Below are positions 36,551 through 50,284 of a stretch of 64,000 nt of DNA, piece by piece. The DNA is from Octopus bimaculoides (taxonomy: Eukaryota), in contig NC_068985.1 of assembly GCF_001194135.2 (NCBI RefSeq), positions 26,865,076 through 26,929,075 on the forward strand, given 5' to 3'. Under the pieces are notes generated by a model, which searched no databases, had not been told where the DNA came from, and saw nothing but the letters and a program-made list of their open reading frames with translations. Each line of letters opens with the position of its first letter. The stretch's first letter is position 1. The position numbers were made by a program, and so were the translations under genes.

Positions 36551-39500
36551 TCAAAGATCATGAAGAAATAAAATGCTTTCTAATTGATGTNNNNNNNNNN
36601 NNNNNNNNNNNNNNNNNNNNNNNNNNNNNNNNNNNNNNNNNNNNNNNNNNNNNNNNNNNNNNNNNNNNNNNNNNNNNNNNNNNNNNNNNNNNNNNNNNNN
36701 NNNNNNNNNNNNNNNNNNNNNNNNNNNNNNNNNNNNNNNNNNNNNNNNNNNNNNNNNNNNNNNNNNNNNNNNNNNNNNNNNNNNNNNNNNNNNNNNNNNN
36801 NNNNNNNNNNNNNNNNNNNNNNNNNNNNNNNNNNNNNNNNNNNNNNNNNNNNNNNNNNNNNNNNNNNNNNNNNNNNNNNNNNNNNNNNNNNNNNNNNNNN
36901 NNNNNNNNNNNNNNNNNNNNNNNNNNNNNNNNNNNNNNNNNNNNNNNNNNNNNNNNNNNNNNNNNNNNNNNNNNNNNNNNNNNNNNNNNNNNNNNNNNNN
37001 NNNNNNNNNNNNNNNNNNNNNNNNNNNNNNNNNNNNNNNNNNNNNNNNNNNNNNNNNNNNNNNNNNNNNNNNNNNNNNNNNNNNNNNNNNNNNNNNNNNN
37101 NNNNNNNNNNNNNNNNNNNNNNNNNNNNNNNNNNNNNNNNNNNNNNNNNNNNNNNNNNNNNNNNNNNNNNNNNNNNNNNNNNTTTTTTATGAAGCTGTAC
37201 ATACATGTAAAACTAACATCTACATTATAAAACAAGTAATTGTATCATTATCATCACCACCAGTTACTGGTCAGCACTTCTTACTCGCGAAGAGGATTGA
37301 ACTACACATTTCAGATAAACCTTCATTTGTATCAAACTAATCATCTCAACCTGTCAACCAAACAATGTGTGCGCTTGTGTAGACATTAAATATCCGGAGC
37401 TAACCAATACTAATCCAATCAATTCTCATTAGTTATTTCATCTTCTGATAAATTTACTGTGCCATTTCATTAAACACCATGCTGTCACCATTTATTCCAG
37501 TCCAGTGTCAACATGATGCTGCCACACACTAAAAACTGCTTGCACTTTGGTGTCGATAAACGTTGACAGATTGTCATGCTTAGAGAAACTAAAAGTCCTT
37601 ATATTTTATATGAATCGGGTTTTGTTGTAGGTATGATTGGTGTGGAGTACTAGAAGTGATGCAAGGCATCAAGTATTACACTACGTGTTGTTAATTAGAC
37701 CTGGTCCTATTCAGCTGACAGGGGTTCTGTCCGGCACCACTCCATTCTTTTTTTTTTTTTCAGATATAATGCATCTAGTATTACCTTATCTAAGGTATCC
37801 GTTTTTAAAAAAAAATTTGTCTTCTTTTTGTGACGACAGTGTACAGTTCGAAGACGATTTGTCTGCTTTACCAGCAGGTTGAGAACCATGCAGAGCAGGA
37901 CTGGAGAACCTTTCAGATATCAAAAGTTCATTGCAAGTGTTAACATTCAGGTAACGTGAGAAAAAAAAATGATAATTAATTTTACAGATTGCATTTGTGT
38001 CAGGATAGGCAACACTAATTAAAATGTTACAAATCATTAACTACATTCTTATAATGAATTAAATACCGAAACACCAAAGATTGTACTTATTATAAACTGT
38101 CACTGAATTAGTATTAGCCATTGCAAAATGGGTTGGTTTTGACCACTCTACAATGTTGATTTGACATCTTAAACCCACCGCCATCACCACCACCACCACC
38201 ACCACCAAAACAGGAAACTGAATCGTAAATTTTGCAAATATTCATAATTTATGAACTAAATTTGTAAGGAAACCATCCTCAAACATAGTAGACAGACATT
38301 ACTCAAGAAACACCGAAATGGAATTGTCGACATTCGAAATGAGATGCTTTTGTCTGTTATTATGGGGAAGGATTAGCGGACTAACGACCAATGAGTCTTA
38401 AAACAACTTAATGGTTTGGTTAGGAAGAAAGAAAGACTCATAGAAATATCAATGCAAAGCGGTCAACTCAGTAGAAAGAAAGGATGATTTGCAAATATAA
38501 TCATGCTTGGAAAAAGAAAAGAATGAAGAAGAATAGACTGGTTCAATATTAATCATTGACTGAGATAACATCGAAATGCGTAAGATCGAGAACGGTGGAA
38601 TCGATACGTGAAAAAAAAAAGAAAAAAAATTCAAACGAATTCAAGTGCTCTAATGGCAGAAATTCTATGTCAACGACCCGACTTGATACGATAAGGAAAG
38701 CAATGTCAATTAGGATAGAATGAATATTCGCAAAAGAGATTTTATTGGTAAACAAATAAAGGCTAATTAATTGGCTGTAATATGATTTGGCCATCATCAG
38801 TTCGTACGTATTGCAACACATGACTGATGTCACAAAATAAGCATTACACCTGCGTATGTCTTATAGGGTGTTAAAAGCAACTTGAAGATTTGAAGCCTGC
38901 GAGCTTAGCGGACTCGTTAGCATGTCAGACAAAATGCTTTGCGGTATTACTTTCAGGTCTTTACGTTCTGGGCTCAAATTCCACCGAAGTCGACCGTCTG
39001 TCATCCTTTCGGTGTCGATGATATACATACCAGTCAAGTACTGTTGTCGATGTAATTGACTTAACCCATCCCTCAAAAGGGCTAGCCTTGTGCTAAAATT
39101 ACAAAGACTTATATTACAGATTTGATCTGGCTTAAACAGTTTTCTTTTTAATAGATCTTTTGAGAAGGACATCAGCGGGCAGTTTTAAATTTGAATGTGG
39201 GTAAAATTTTGTCAGAGGCGAGAAACTGCCCATCCTTAACGTAGAGCTCATTGGCTTGCAAAATTTGAGGAAGGTTTGGCTGAAGAGAGAACATTTCTTT
39301 GTGAATAATCGTAATATTTCATTACGTAAACCAGAAATATTTTTTCTTTACATAAGAATTCTTGAGTTTCACGGGATTCAGGAAAGAGGAAATTAAAACG
39401 CCAATAGTGTCATTAAGTGCATTATTGACATTAGTGAACTGATTTGCTTCCTATTGGTAACAGAAAGGGAAAGACTTATAAGGCTGTAAGGTTGCATTTT

Positions 39501-39779
39501 ATGTCTATTATCATTAAAAAAAATAGTGAATTCCTCGCCAGCTGAGTGCAAAGTATCGACTTCTTTGTGTTCTATTTTGATATGATTCACGTTACAATTT
39601 ATAAGTTTACTGCTGTCACCCAAATGTTAACCAGTCTGAATAAGTTGAAAGGTGATTTACAGTATATCATCATACGCAAAAAAAAAGAAGAAAAGAAAAC
39701 AATCATAATTAAGCGAAATTTACCTCTCAGTTAGAGAAAGAAAGCAAATATCTAGCGGCATTTGTTAGCAGTTCTGAAA

Positions 39780-40030
39780 GAAAAGGGGAGAGAACTTTTT
39801 AAATAATCAAAAATTAATTTCTCAAAGTTGATTTACATGCTTGGAGGAAGTAAAGTATGATCTTTGCCACACATGATCATGCTTTCCTTTAGAAAATGAA
39901 CGATCAATTCCTCAAAGTCAACTTAATGCTTGACAGAGCATTGTAGAGAAAGATCATATTTTCTTCCCCAAAGCATGCAAATAACTTTGAGAGATTAATT
40001 CTTAATTTCTAGAAATTATCTTCCCTTTTT
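39780..40030. mobile_element. Old MITE-like inverted repeat (about 90-bp degenerate arms)
   Basis: aattaatttctcaaagttgatttacatgcttggaggaagtaaagtatgatcttt is mirrored by aaagatcatattttcttccccaaagcatgcaaataactttgagagattaatt. Confidence 0.65.
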
Positions 40031-40615
40031 CTTTGACAGCCCCAAATAATTGCTGCTACATTTTGTTTACTCATCTCCAATTCAGTGGAAAATTTCAATT
40101 AATCAAGAGTATTTTGTATCTGGCATTCTGTATATCAGCACTTCAACTACTTATCCAAATTCACTCTCTTGTTTTCCCTTAGCTCATTTTATTTAATTTT
40201 GTTTTTGTTTTTATAGGTATCCAGTGTAGCTTGAATGAGAATATATTGGCATCGTCCATAGAATGTTCATTTAACACTAAATTCTCTCTCTCACTTTCCC
40301 TTTTTCTCTCTCCATTTACTCTAGTGCCTACTTCCTCCTCTTTTTTAGTCATTCATTAATTTACCCATCTCCTCTCTTTTGTGGTTTGATTTTCGTTACA
40401 AAGAATTCTCGACTGCTCTACCATTTTTTTTTCTATTATTTCCAATCAAATATATTTTGAGAATTCGGTAAATTATTAATTGCATATGGTGTCTGCTATT
40501 TCTCCTGATATTGTATTGTTGTTTTGCCAACAATATCGATTAGAACTTACACGTAAGGGTAGGACGTTAGCAAAAGATAATTATTTGATGGGTTGTTTTA
40601 GCTGGGAGTAGTCTC

Positions 40616-40661
<46 letters not shown>

Positions 40662-41549
40662 CGCGCGAACTATGCACAGAGAGAAAAGTCAGACCGGTAA
40701 ACTGAAATAGTAATTACAAGCGAAGCATGAATGAAAGCATCAAAGTAATTATCTNNNNNNNNNNCCGATCTTGTATCAGAGAAAAAAAAAAAATTTAGTA
40801 AACACCCCCATCCTTCCACTTCTATTTCATCTCCTTTCTTATTTTCATTTCCTTATTTTACTTTTTCATCGTCACTTCTATTTCAACTGACACCTCCTCC
40901 ATCATTTTCTACAACTTCCTCAAGGTCATTAAGCTTATTATCCCAAATGTTACTGCCAGCATCCTGTTGAACCCTAAGGCATATACACAACGTGGGGTCT
41001 TAATTACTAGTCTAGTGTTTCCTAAAGTGAGTTCTGTGGGATCCCAGGGTTCCACAACCAAATTTCTTGGGTTCTGTGATGTAAGATATCATTGAATAAA
41101 ATGTGATAAAAAATTTGTTGCATTTAAACAATGATATTCAGCAATTTCAGAATAATAATTGTGTGATTAAGAAGATCATTTTCTAACCACCTGATTTCAG
41201 GTTCAGTCCCACTGCGCGACATCTTGGGCAAGTGTCTTCTACTAAAGCCCCGGGACGACCAATTTCTTATGAGTGAGTATGGTAGGCGGAAACTGTGCGG
41301 AAGTCCACCATGTGTATGTATATGTGTGCACGCGTGTCTTTGTATTTGTCCATCACTGCTTGACAACCGGTTTGGTTCGTTTTGTTACTCCTAGCTTAGC
41401 AGTTCGGCAAAAGAGCCTCAAGAAAAAGATAGCTGTTGACTCTACTGAATACATCTGTCCCATGGCGGGTCTTGTTTTTCATCCTCCAAGGTGGCTTGAT
41501 GGTGTTATCCATTTATATACACACACACACACATTTCTCAGTATTTCTT

Positions 41550-41590
<41 letters not shown>

Positions 41591-41799
41591 AAGAGACGCA
41601 GAGAATTCATAACTAAATAGCAAAGATAATTATAAAAGTATAAAAAAAAAATTGTAACAAAATAGATTTAAATGTTCTATATCATTTAAATGCTAACAGG
41701 ACTTCCGGATCACCTGGTAGATTGTTCCTGGCATTTATTAATCTTCAGGATTGCAGGATAATTGATAACTACAGCCTCATCCCTTAATGCTAACACGGA

Positions 41800-43160
41800 G
41801 GTCACTATTCTTCAACAACTACATCTTCCTGATATAAGCTAGAAGAGCACACACTTGCGGGTGGTACTTTTATTTTATCGATTTCGGAAGGATTGGAAGT
41901 AAAGTGAGCAAACATAGGTGAAATTAGAACTCAGATTTTAAAAAGATGCAGCTATATAACACAACGCATATTTGTCCTCCACTCTAATATTGTTTTCAAA
42001 TTTGGGTACAACTCCACCAATTTCGGGGGAGGGTCTAGTCGATTACATCGACCCCACTGTCCAACTGGTAATACTTTGAGCCCGAAAGGATGGAAGGCAA
42101 AGTCGATATCTGCCAGCTCACCACCTTGTTCGCCAATCTAATATTAGCACAACGGAAAAGCGGCGAACCGGCAGAATCGTTAGCACGCCACGCAAAATAT
42201 TTAGCCGCATTTCGTCCATCTTTACGTTCTGAGTTCAAATTCCGCCGTTGTTGACTTTGCTTTCCATCATACGGTCAAATCACCTCATATATTTTATCTT
42301 GTATTTATTTCATCAATCCAGAAAGACAAATACAAATCCAACGGGATTTAATCAATTTCAATGAGCAGTGTTTTGAAAAAAGAAGGGAAAAAATGACATT
42401 TCGTAAAATAATCCCGATGACAATTATTTCATTATTTTTTTCACGAACAAACATACAGACACATGTCTACAGGTCGGCACATGACGCACTAGGATGTCTG
42501 CACTGATTTTCCACAGACTAACACATTATTACCTCACACTCCCAGTTGCATTGTCATGACAAGTTTTTAGAAAATGTGTCGGATGTAATCGTCTTAGTAT
42601 CGACTTACTAAAAAAACTCTACAAATGGTAGAGTTCTCTCGTCATTCTTGCACACATAAGCAATAAGGGTGGCAGATTAGCAGAATCGTTAGCGTGTCGA
42701 ATAAACAGCTTTGAATATCTTGTTATTTACATTCTGAGTTCAATTTTACTTTTCATCCTTTAGAATTGCCAAATTAAAGTACCAGTTAAGTACCGACTAA
42801 ACTGATACTTCATTTTAGTCCTATCAACAATAGTTTCTGTTCCTTGAGATTTATTAGAAATATTGGTATAAATAAAAAAGTATCGACTAACATTCTCCCC
42901 CAAATTTCGAACCTTACACCTGTTCTAGAAACATTACTACTAACATAAGAGTTGTGTGTTGATAGAATCATAAGAGCGTTGAACAAAATGTCCTGTGTTA
43001 TCCGGCTATTTCTGTTCTAGGTTCCTATCCCATCGAGGTCTAATTTGTCTTTTCTCCTTCCGTGGTCGATTAAATAAGGTGCAAGTCAATGGTGGTAGAT
43101 TAACAGAAGCGTTAGAGCGTTGTACAAAATGACGTGTGATATTTGAAAAGTCTTTTTACA
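41800..43160. mobile_element. Cluster of degenerate SINE family 2 copies in both orientations
   Basis: Repeated ggcagaatcgttagc / ttctgagttcaaatt / gactttgcctttcatcc motifs. Similar clusters are at about 31160-31360, 32350-32780, 38900-39110 and 44230-44390. Confidence 0.7.
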
Positions 43161-45329
43161 TTGTAAGTTTACTAGCGACTACACTGTTACCAAGCTATAT
43201 CAGTCCTTGACTGTCTACTGGACAACATCAGTGACGTTGAAACGGGACACTTGCTGTATGGGCAACTGCTAGTCGTCTATTAAAAGCCTAGTCAAGGCCT
43301 TCCTCCTGGAGACGGAGGATAGTTCCAACATTTGATGGTCAAGCCTATCAGACGCAAGCCTTAATAGCACAGCCACTAAAAGATTTGACAAGTTGATAGT
43401 TAAGAACCTACTATTGGGAATAACCACAACTTTATAGGGTAGGAAACTAGATTGGCCTAGAGTAAAAGTAAGTTTGGAAAGTTGAACGGAATAAGGAATA
43501 AACTGATGAATAATCTGTAAAGTAAATACTTAAGGTAGGTTTCAGTATAGGTAGTATTTAGTTAGTGAAGCGATGAATGAAATGCGTGAAGACTTTGTGA
43601 TTGGCAACCCTAACAAAAGATTTCATTATATGAATTCAATGGAGGAAAATATCGCCTGAGGCGGTAGATATGTAAATCAATATTTCCATCTAAATTGATA
43701 GGTTTATTGATGTTCTAGTTCTTTGGCTAACGGGTAAAATGAACATCTTGACAGTCATGGAAGTATTAAAAAAGGTGTATCGATTGTGAGACATACCAGA
43801 AAAGCTAGTAGTTCACTTTCTGCATATATCAACCAAAGGAAGTGCCATAGACTAAATATTTCGCCTAATTTATACTTTCCCTCGAGGCAGAGAAACTGAC
43901 ATGTAGCAAAGAATAATAGCACCTACTGTTTGACCGATATTGGATAAAATTATTTCGGATAAACACTATATGTTAAGTTGGCAAAAAGAACCTAACAAAA
44001 ACTTTTATAATCGAAATTATTCTTTAGATTCCGAAGAAATTAATAATTGTACGAGTATGAGTGATTTGAAGATATTAGATGGGAAAGTTTGATATGCTGT
44101 AAGAGGGAAGAGGTGCGTGAGTAATGATTTCAGTTGCTCTCCTTCACCTGGTGGAGACTCAGCAAAAAGTATTAATAACAGCGGCGACATTTACAGCTTT
44201 GATGAGAAACTGTAGGCGTTCAGGGTTGAAATTGATTTCTAACATAGACACAAGGCTTCAAATTTTGGGAATGGATCTTGTCAATTAAGATCGAGGATAA
44301 TTGTGGACTAATGCTAATTTTATTGACCCCTTAGGTTGAAAACTTAACTTTAGCCTTGGCGGGATTCGATGTCAGAACGTGAAGAAGCCTTAAAGCATAT
44401 ATCGAAAATATTTTAATCATTTTTGGTTTGAATTCTTTTCGTTAAAACCCAAAATTAGAGCTTAAATCGGAGTTCTTTAGTTGCATGGCGATCGCGATTT
44501 TGATGCTAATTTCAATGTCTTTAAATTCACTGTAGCCGATATCATTTACAGAAAACTTTATGGAATTTTTATAGAATAACGAAGGAAAATTATTTACTTG
44601 AGATTCAATACAACAAAAGAATTAACAAATTTTATAGTTTGAAAACATATTTGTTGTGATAAAGAATCTCGGAGAAATGGTCGAGTGAGAGTACGTATTC
44701 AGTAAGCAGATATTAGTTAATTATAACATTCCTTTGCAGCAAAATATTTATGCATGTTATTATGTAGACGGAAAAAAAAGAGAACAAAAGGTACCAGCGA
44801 TAGATCGGGGTTTGCGGGGTCGGGGCGTGGCCTGATCATCGCTTCATCTGTGTCGTTCTTTTTGTTTTGTTAATATCATTCGATTTTTATATATTATTTT
44901 ATTCAAATTTTAAAGTCACTTTTATGTATAACCATATCGGACTAGTGATCCCAATCAGTTGTATTGTACATTCTGTGTTTAGTCCCCGGTGGGTAATAAA
45001 GAAATTGCATGTTATTATGTAGGCTTATGTCAGGTTATTATGTAGGCCTATGGAAGCAGGTATGCCACCAAATAGTCGGTACGACTCTATAATTGAATTT
45101 TCACTTATCCAACGCCCTGCTTAAGAACTATAATGCACTCTATTACACGCAACGGTCAATTTTATGATTACAGCGTAATAATCTGGACATGCTGTATTCT
45201 CTTTACTGTTCAGCTTACTTTTGTACGCCCGTCGATTCTTGGTGGTGGTCACAAAGAGGAAGATGAAGTAAACTCGATCAGAGCGCGGTAATTGCTATCC
45301 ACTTTCATTTATTGCAATGGTGATTAGGA

Positions 45330-45552
45330 TTTGTGATACTCTTGATGCTGTAGCTACTTCTGTGTTGCCCGCATATTTTAGGAGAGGAGGAGGTAGACTG
45401 GGACAGATTAGCGTTTTTAGGATGCTGTTGTAGTAGCGTTCCAGGACATTGAATACAAGCATGAGTGTCTGAGATGATTTATGCTGTAGAACAACCAAAG
45501 GTCACTGCCTCGATAACAAATTGTGCTTCTTACATGTCCGGTTGATAATCTT

Positions 45553-45589
<37 letters not shown>

Positions 45590-45900
45590 CATTTTATAGG
45601 TAATCCGTGTACAGCCTACGATGATGCCTTACACGCTGTTTTGTGTATTTGCTGTCTATTGGAGTTTGATGAGAGCGAAGTTGGTCCGGCGCAACCTATG
45701 ATGACGCTAACATATTGTTTTTACAGTATAATTACTTCTTTCCGTTGGTCAAGTGTGATTCCAGTGAATGCTTTAAGTATGGTCATTTGTTTGTTCCCTT
45801 TATTATGCATTCTAAACGTATTTTGACTGTTGTGAGTAAGGCATATTCTAAGTACCTACTAGGCATTTTTATCTTCTGTTAATGTGTGTTATACGTTTAT
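45330..45900 (-). mobile_element. Decayed LINE fragment (I/Jockey-like post-RT region)
   Basis: Minus strand reads KGNKQMTILKAFTGITLDQRKEVIIL*KQYVSVIIGCAGP..., resembling RLNILKALxGTxFGQxKE..YKQ..YA.PAW. Interrupted by a poly-T run. Confidence 0.45.
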
Positions 45901-47915
45901 GCTAAGTGTGATGGATATAAGGATAAATGGTTGTTTTTTGTTGTTGTTTTTTTCTGTTCTGCAGTGTTTCTGGCATGAAGGGAGTCAATGGATTTTGTGG
46001 ATGCCACTTTAAACCTTTTGTTTTAGAACCAGTTTTTAGGTGGTTGTTGTAGAATTAGAATAGTTGTTCAACCATGTCTGAAGAAGTAGTTGTGAGTAAT
46101 GACGAAATGTGGGAATTGTAACATATATCGAAAAGAGGGAGTGAAATCCATATGGAAACGTTTTTGTATACCGCTTGGGTTTGGCAGGTAGTGTACTTCC
46201 CAGTGTTGTGTGGTTTTTTTTTTTTTTTTAATAGTGTTGGCGAGTTTGTGTATAAAAGCGAGAAATGGAGTCAAAAGCTTTGTTGATATGCATGGTTGTT
46301 AGGAAGACGCGTGTGGGAGGTTTTTGTTGTTGTTGAAACCTTCATGTATTGTTTGTGCTAATTCAGTGTGGTTGTTGAACGTGGCAGTCTGAAATATTGA
46401 TTTATTTGCTGTGCTACATATCTCCTGCAGCTATTTCTCTTCTAATCTCATCTTTAAATTTCTATTTACTGAAGATTTATTTTGTTAAATGCTATAAATT
46501 TTAAAACTTGTAGTATATGAATGATGTATACGATCAATAATTAGTTTGTTAATCTGGATGATTGACTAAAACAAACCAGAGAAACCTAATTTTTATCCTG
46601 TTCTCTTTTCCATCCCATCGTCTTTTATATATCATAAAATTTCATTTACATTCAAACACACATACACGCACATATATATATCCTTCCGCATGCAAATCCC
46701 AGACGAGAGCGTATAAGACTTACATAATATTTACAGAAGCTGTCAAAATCTATTCAGGCGATACACCTGCTAGTACAAACATGTATACAAAAATGCTCAC
46801 GAAGTCAATTAGAAACAAACGAACACACACACACATGTACGCGCTCACGCACACATCGATTGAGCAGGAACTAATTTCAAAGTAGATTGTCGTTTTTAGA
46901 TTTCTACGATTTTTAGAGTTTTAGATGTCTATGATTTTCACATATCAATTTCGTGTTGCAATCGAATTTAATATAGAATGAAATCTAAATTTCCATGCCA
47001 TTAATTTCTCTATAATCTAACTAGGAGTTATCGGAGATCTAGGAAACGTTTGTAAGATCTATTTTTTACAAATTGCGGTATCAAGATAATATCCCTACAT
47101 AATAATGTACCGGAGATAGCATCAAATTTAGTTTCTCATTAATTTAACCTCCATTTTTCACTGTGCACAGCTTAATTTACTTGATAACAAGTGTACGGAC
47201 AGGAAGTACAGAAGAGTTTTATCAGATAAATTTAATATAAACCACGATTGCTCTTAATATCTCGTTACGTAGGTTATAGTAATATCTAGAAAATGTATTT
47301 TCTGTATTTTCATTCTGCACTCGTGTTATACTTCAAAGAATCTTCTAAATTTGATTATCTTCATTTATAATGTAATATTACAGAGTACGAAGTCAGAGCA
47401 AACCCAGTCTGTCAACGGGTGAAATGGCGGTAATTTGTATAATTCCTTCCACCAATCTTGTGCTATGTCTGTGGCCAAGTCATTTTTCACTGGCATAGTC
47501 CATCAAGCCGTAAAATGGTCCCATAGGTAAACTTTAAATCGCGAAACTCGATAAACTAGGAAGTAGAATATAATCAATGACTATTTTCTTTAACCTGTAG
47601 TTCTAAGTTCAAGCCCCCTTGAGGACCTTCTCGTAAAAGATCATGTTCCAGATCATTCTATCACCGTCATGTTCGAGTAGATTCATACCAGTTTAACAGT
47701 TAGCTTTAAATATAGACGCGTCGGTGGGATGAACAGTGGGATTGCACTCTATGGATTTTGAACTCAGAACGCAGAGCTACCAAAATTTTCGTAAGATTCT
47801 TGCTAAAATGCTCTAAAGAAACTACCGAACGACTACACCCCTTTAATATGCTTTAGAAATGTATTTTTGAATATTTATCTATAGTTAAAGAATCTACTTT
47901 GTAAGTACTTATTAC

Positions 47916-48192
47916 TGCATTAGTGATACAATTATAGCAAAAAAACTTCATAAAAGAATAATGTAGTCAAGAACTTAAGAGGATATCCGACCGCCGTAGG
48001 GGCTTGTCACATGTATTCACTTTGAAATCTTGAGCGCCATTATAGTGATTTCTGACATCAACACAAATCCACAGATACTTGGAAAGGGAATAGTTGAATA
48101 GACTCCCTTATACTTGACAAGTACTTATATATGGACCCCAGAGAATGAAAGGCAAAGCCAACCCCGGTGGGATTTGAACTTATAATGTAAAA
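47916..48192. other. Templated insertion: 80 bp identical to 50720-50799 (direct) plus 200 bp identical to 49522-49721 (inverted), sharing a 3-bp overlap
   Basis: Base-by-base comparison by eye found no mismatches. The junction shares gcc at 47993-47995. Confidence 0.92.
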
Positions 48193-50073
48193 CATGCTAT
48201 CGTTGAAACTGATAATCATTTAGACCTGTTTCATATGGACGACATTTTACTAATCGATTGTTTGCGACCTTGTGCCGATATTAGATATAATATTATCAGT
48301 CAAGTCTTTAAAGTGAACACATGGCAAGCACCAACCAACGAGAGCTAAGAATGGATATATTCCACTATCTTAATTTTTTTAATATATCATCGACATATAC
48401 TTCGTCTTAAGTGCATGCACTGTTTTAACATTTGTAAATGTTAAAATGTTAAGAGGACCCTTTACACTCTTATTCCATGATTAATAATTCTACTTTAGCA
48501 GCAGTTATATGTACAGCAGCTGCAGTTATTTCATCATACAGACACTATTTTGCTCACAACGGCTATTTGAAAATATCTTTTCACTGGGTGCAGTTTTCTA
48601 TGTTGGAATTGCGTATGATCGAGTGAATTAGATCAATATATTTCAGGTACTTTGTTGTTTTACTGACCTCACTGGTGAACAGGTGAAAATATTAATACTT
48701 ATTTGATTCCAACTTCACGATTAAGCATATAAATTGATTATCTACAATTTACACCATAAATATAATAAAACAAACCAAGAAGGGAGCATTCGGCTTGGTA
48801 GACAAAGCAGCCAAATTTTCCCCAAATTACTCTTTACCATCTTAAATAAGAAAAGGACACATAAGAGACTGTAGTTCTACATACTACCACAAGACAGGAT
48901 GGTCATGACCGGAATGTTTTTAATTATAGATTTGCTCTAAAGGAACAAAAGAACAGCAACTTCTGTATGAAAGAATGTTGAAACTGGCTGTCCTAAAAAG
49001 ATGTAGACAGCCGACTGAACGGTAATCTGTTCATTGTGTCCATAATATTTTTTTTTAATCTTTACTCACGCTGGCTCATCAGCTTTACTGTATATAAATA
49101 ATGGGAACACTATAACGTAAACTAATTGTCATCTAAGAAATAGGTTTCAGTCCTCTGGTGTACCTGAAGTAATAGCAAAACATCTCTATGTATCTCTCCA
49201 CCCGAATATTTCCTAAAATTGACAGAACGACTACGAGCTCAATCCCTCAACGATGTCTATGAGAAAGTAAGCAGCAAAGAAGAAAGTAAAATAAGAAATA
49301 GAAGTCAAGTGTTCTTCAGTGACGAAAAACGAAACATTTCATATTGTAAAGAGGCGTTATTTTTTAAACTTTTTCTTCCTCCGAGATTTCAGTTTTCCCC
49401 AACTCAGCAGTCATTTACTAAAGACCTTATTTACACTTCTGTATAAAGACATTTTACCACGGTTGAATACCAGACTCGGTGGAGTGTCGAACAAACTACC
49501 GAGCGGTATTTAGTTACGTCCTTTTACATTATAAGTTCAAATCCCACCGGGGTTGGCTTTGCCTTTCATTCTCTGGGGTCCATATATAAGTACTTGTCAA
49601 GTATAAGGGAGTCTATTCAACTATTCCCTTTCCAAGTATCTGTGGATTTGTGTTGATGTCAGAAATCACTATAATGGCGCTCAAGATTTCAAAGTGAATA
49701 CATGTGACAAGCCCCTACGGCAGAGAATTAAGAAAGGAAATATATCCACCAACTTACTGATAATGTAACATCGACACAGTGCCCTATATGCACTATCTTA
49801 AAACGCATAAACCATTGCAAAAATAATACTTGTTGTCAAAAGCTAATATATATAACGGCCATTTGCAGTTCTTTTTACACATACGAGGGACGAAATTACA
49901 CTGTGGGACGCGTAGATTTCTCAAAACATTACTAGTATAGTTGAAATGGCTACAAATGGAAATAAAATCCATCGGTGGACTGGGACTGCAGTGAACCTAC
50001 CACAATCCAGAGTGATCGTTTTGGCAACCATATACTATTAAGGTCAAGGTCTTGTAGGGAGACTGAGAATATT

Positions 50074-50284
50074 CTTTTCTTTTCTACTCTAGACACAAGG
50101 CCCGAAATTTGGGGAGAGGAGGCCAGTCGACTCCAGAACGCAACTGGTACTTAATTTATAGGCCCCGAAAGGATGAAAGGCCAAGTTGACCTCGGCGGAA
50201 TTTGAACTCCGAACGTAAAGACAGACGAAATACCGCTAAGCATTTCGCCCGACCTGCTAACGTTTCCGCCAGCTCGCCGCCTTG
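50074..50284 (-). mobile_element. Full-length tRNA-derived SINE family 2 with 15-bp TSD
   Basis: Reverse complement of ggcgagctggcggaaacgttagc..gttcggagttcaaattccgccgaggtcaac..ggccttgtgtctagagtagaaaa. The TSD is gagactgagaatatt (50059-50073) / gagaatgagaatatt (50285-50299), with one mismatch. Confidence 0.9.
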
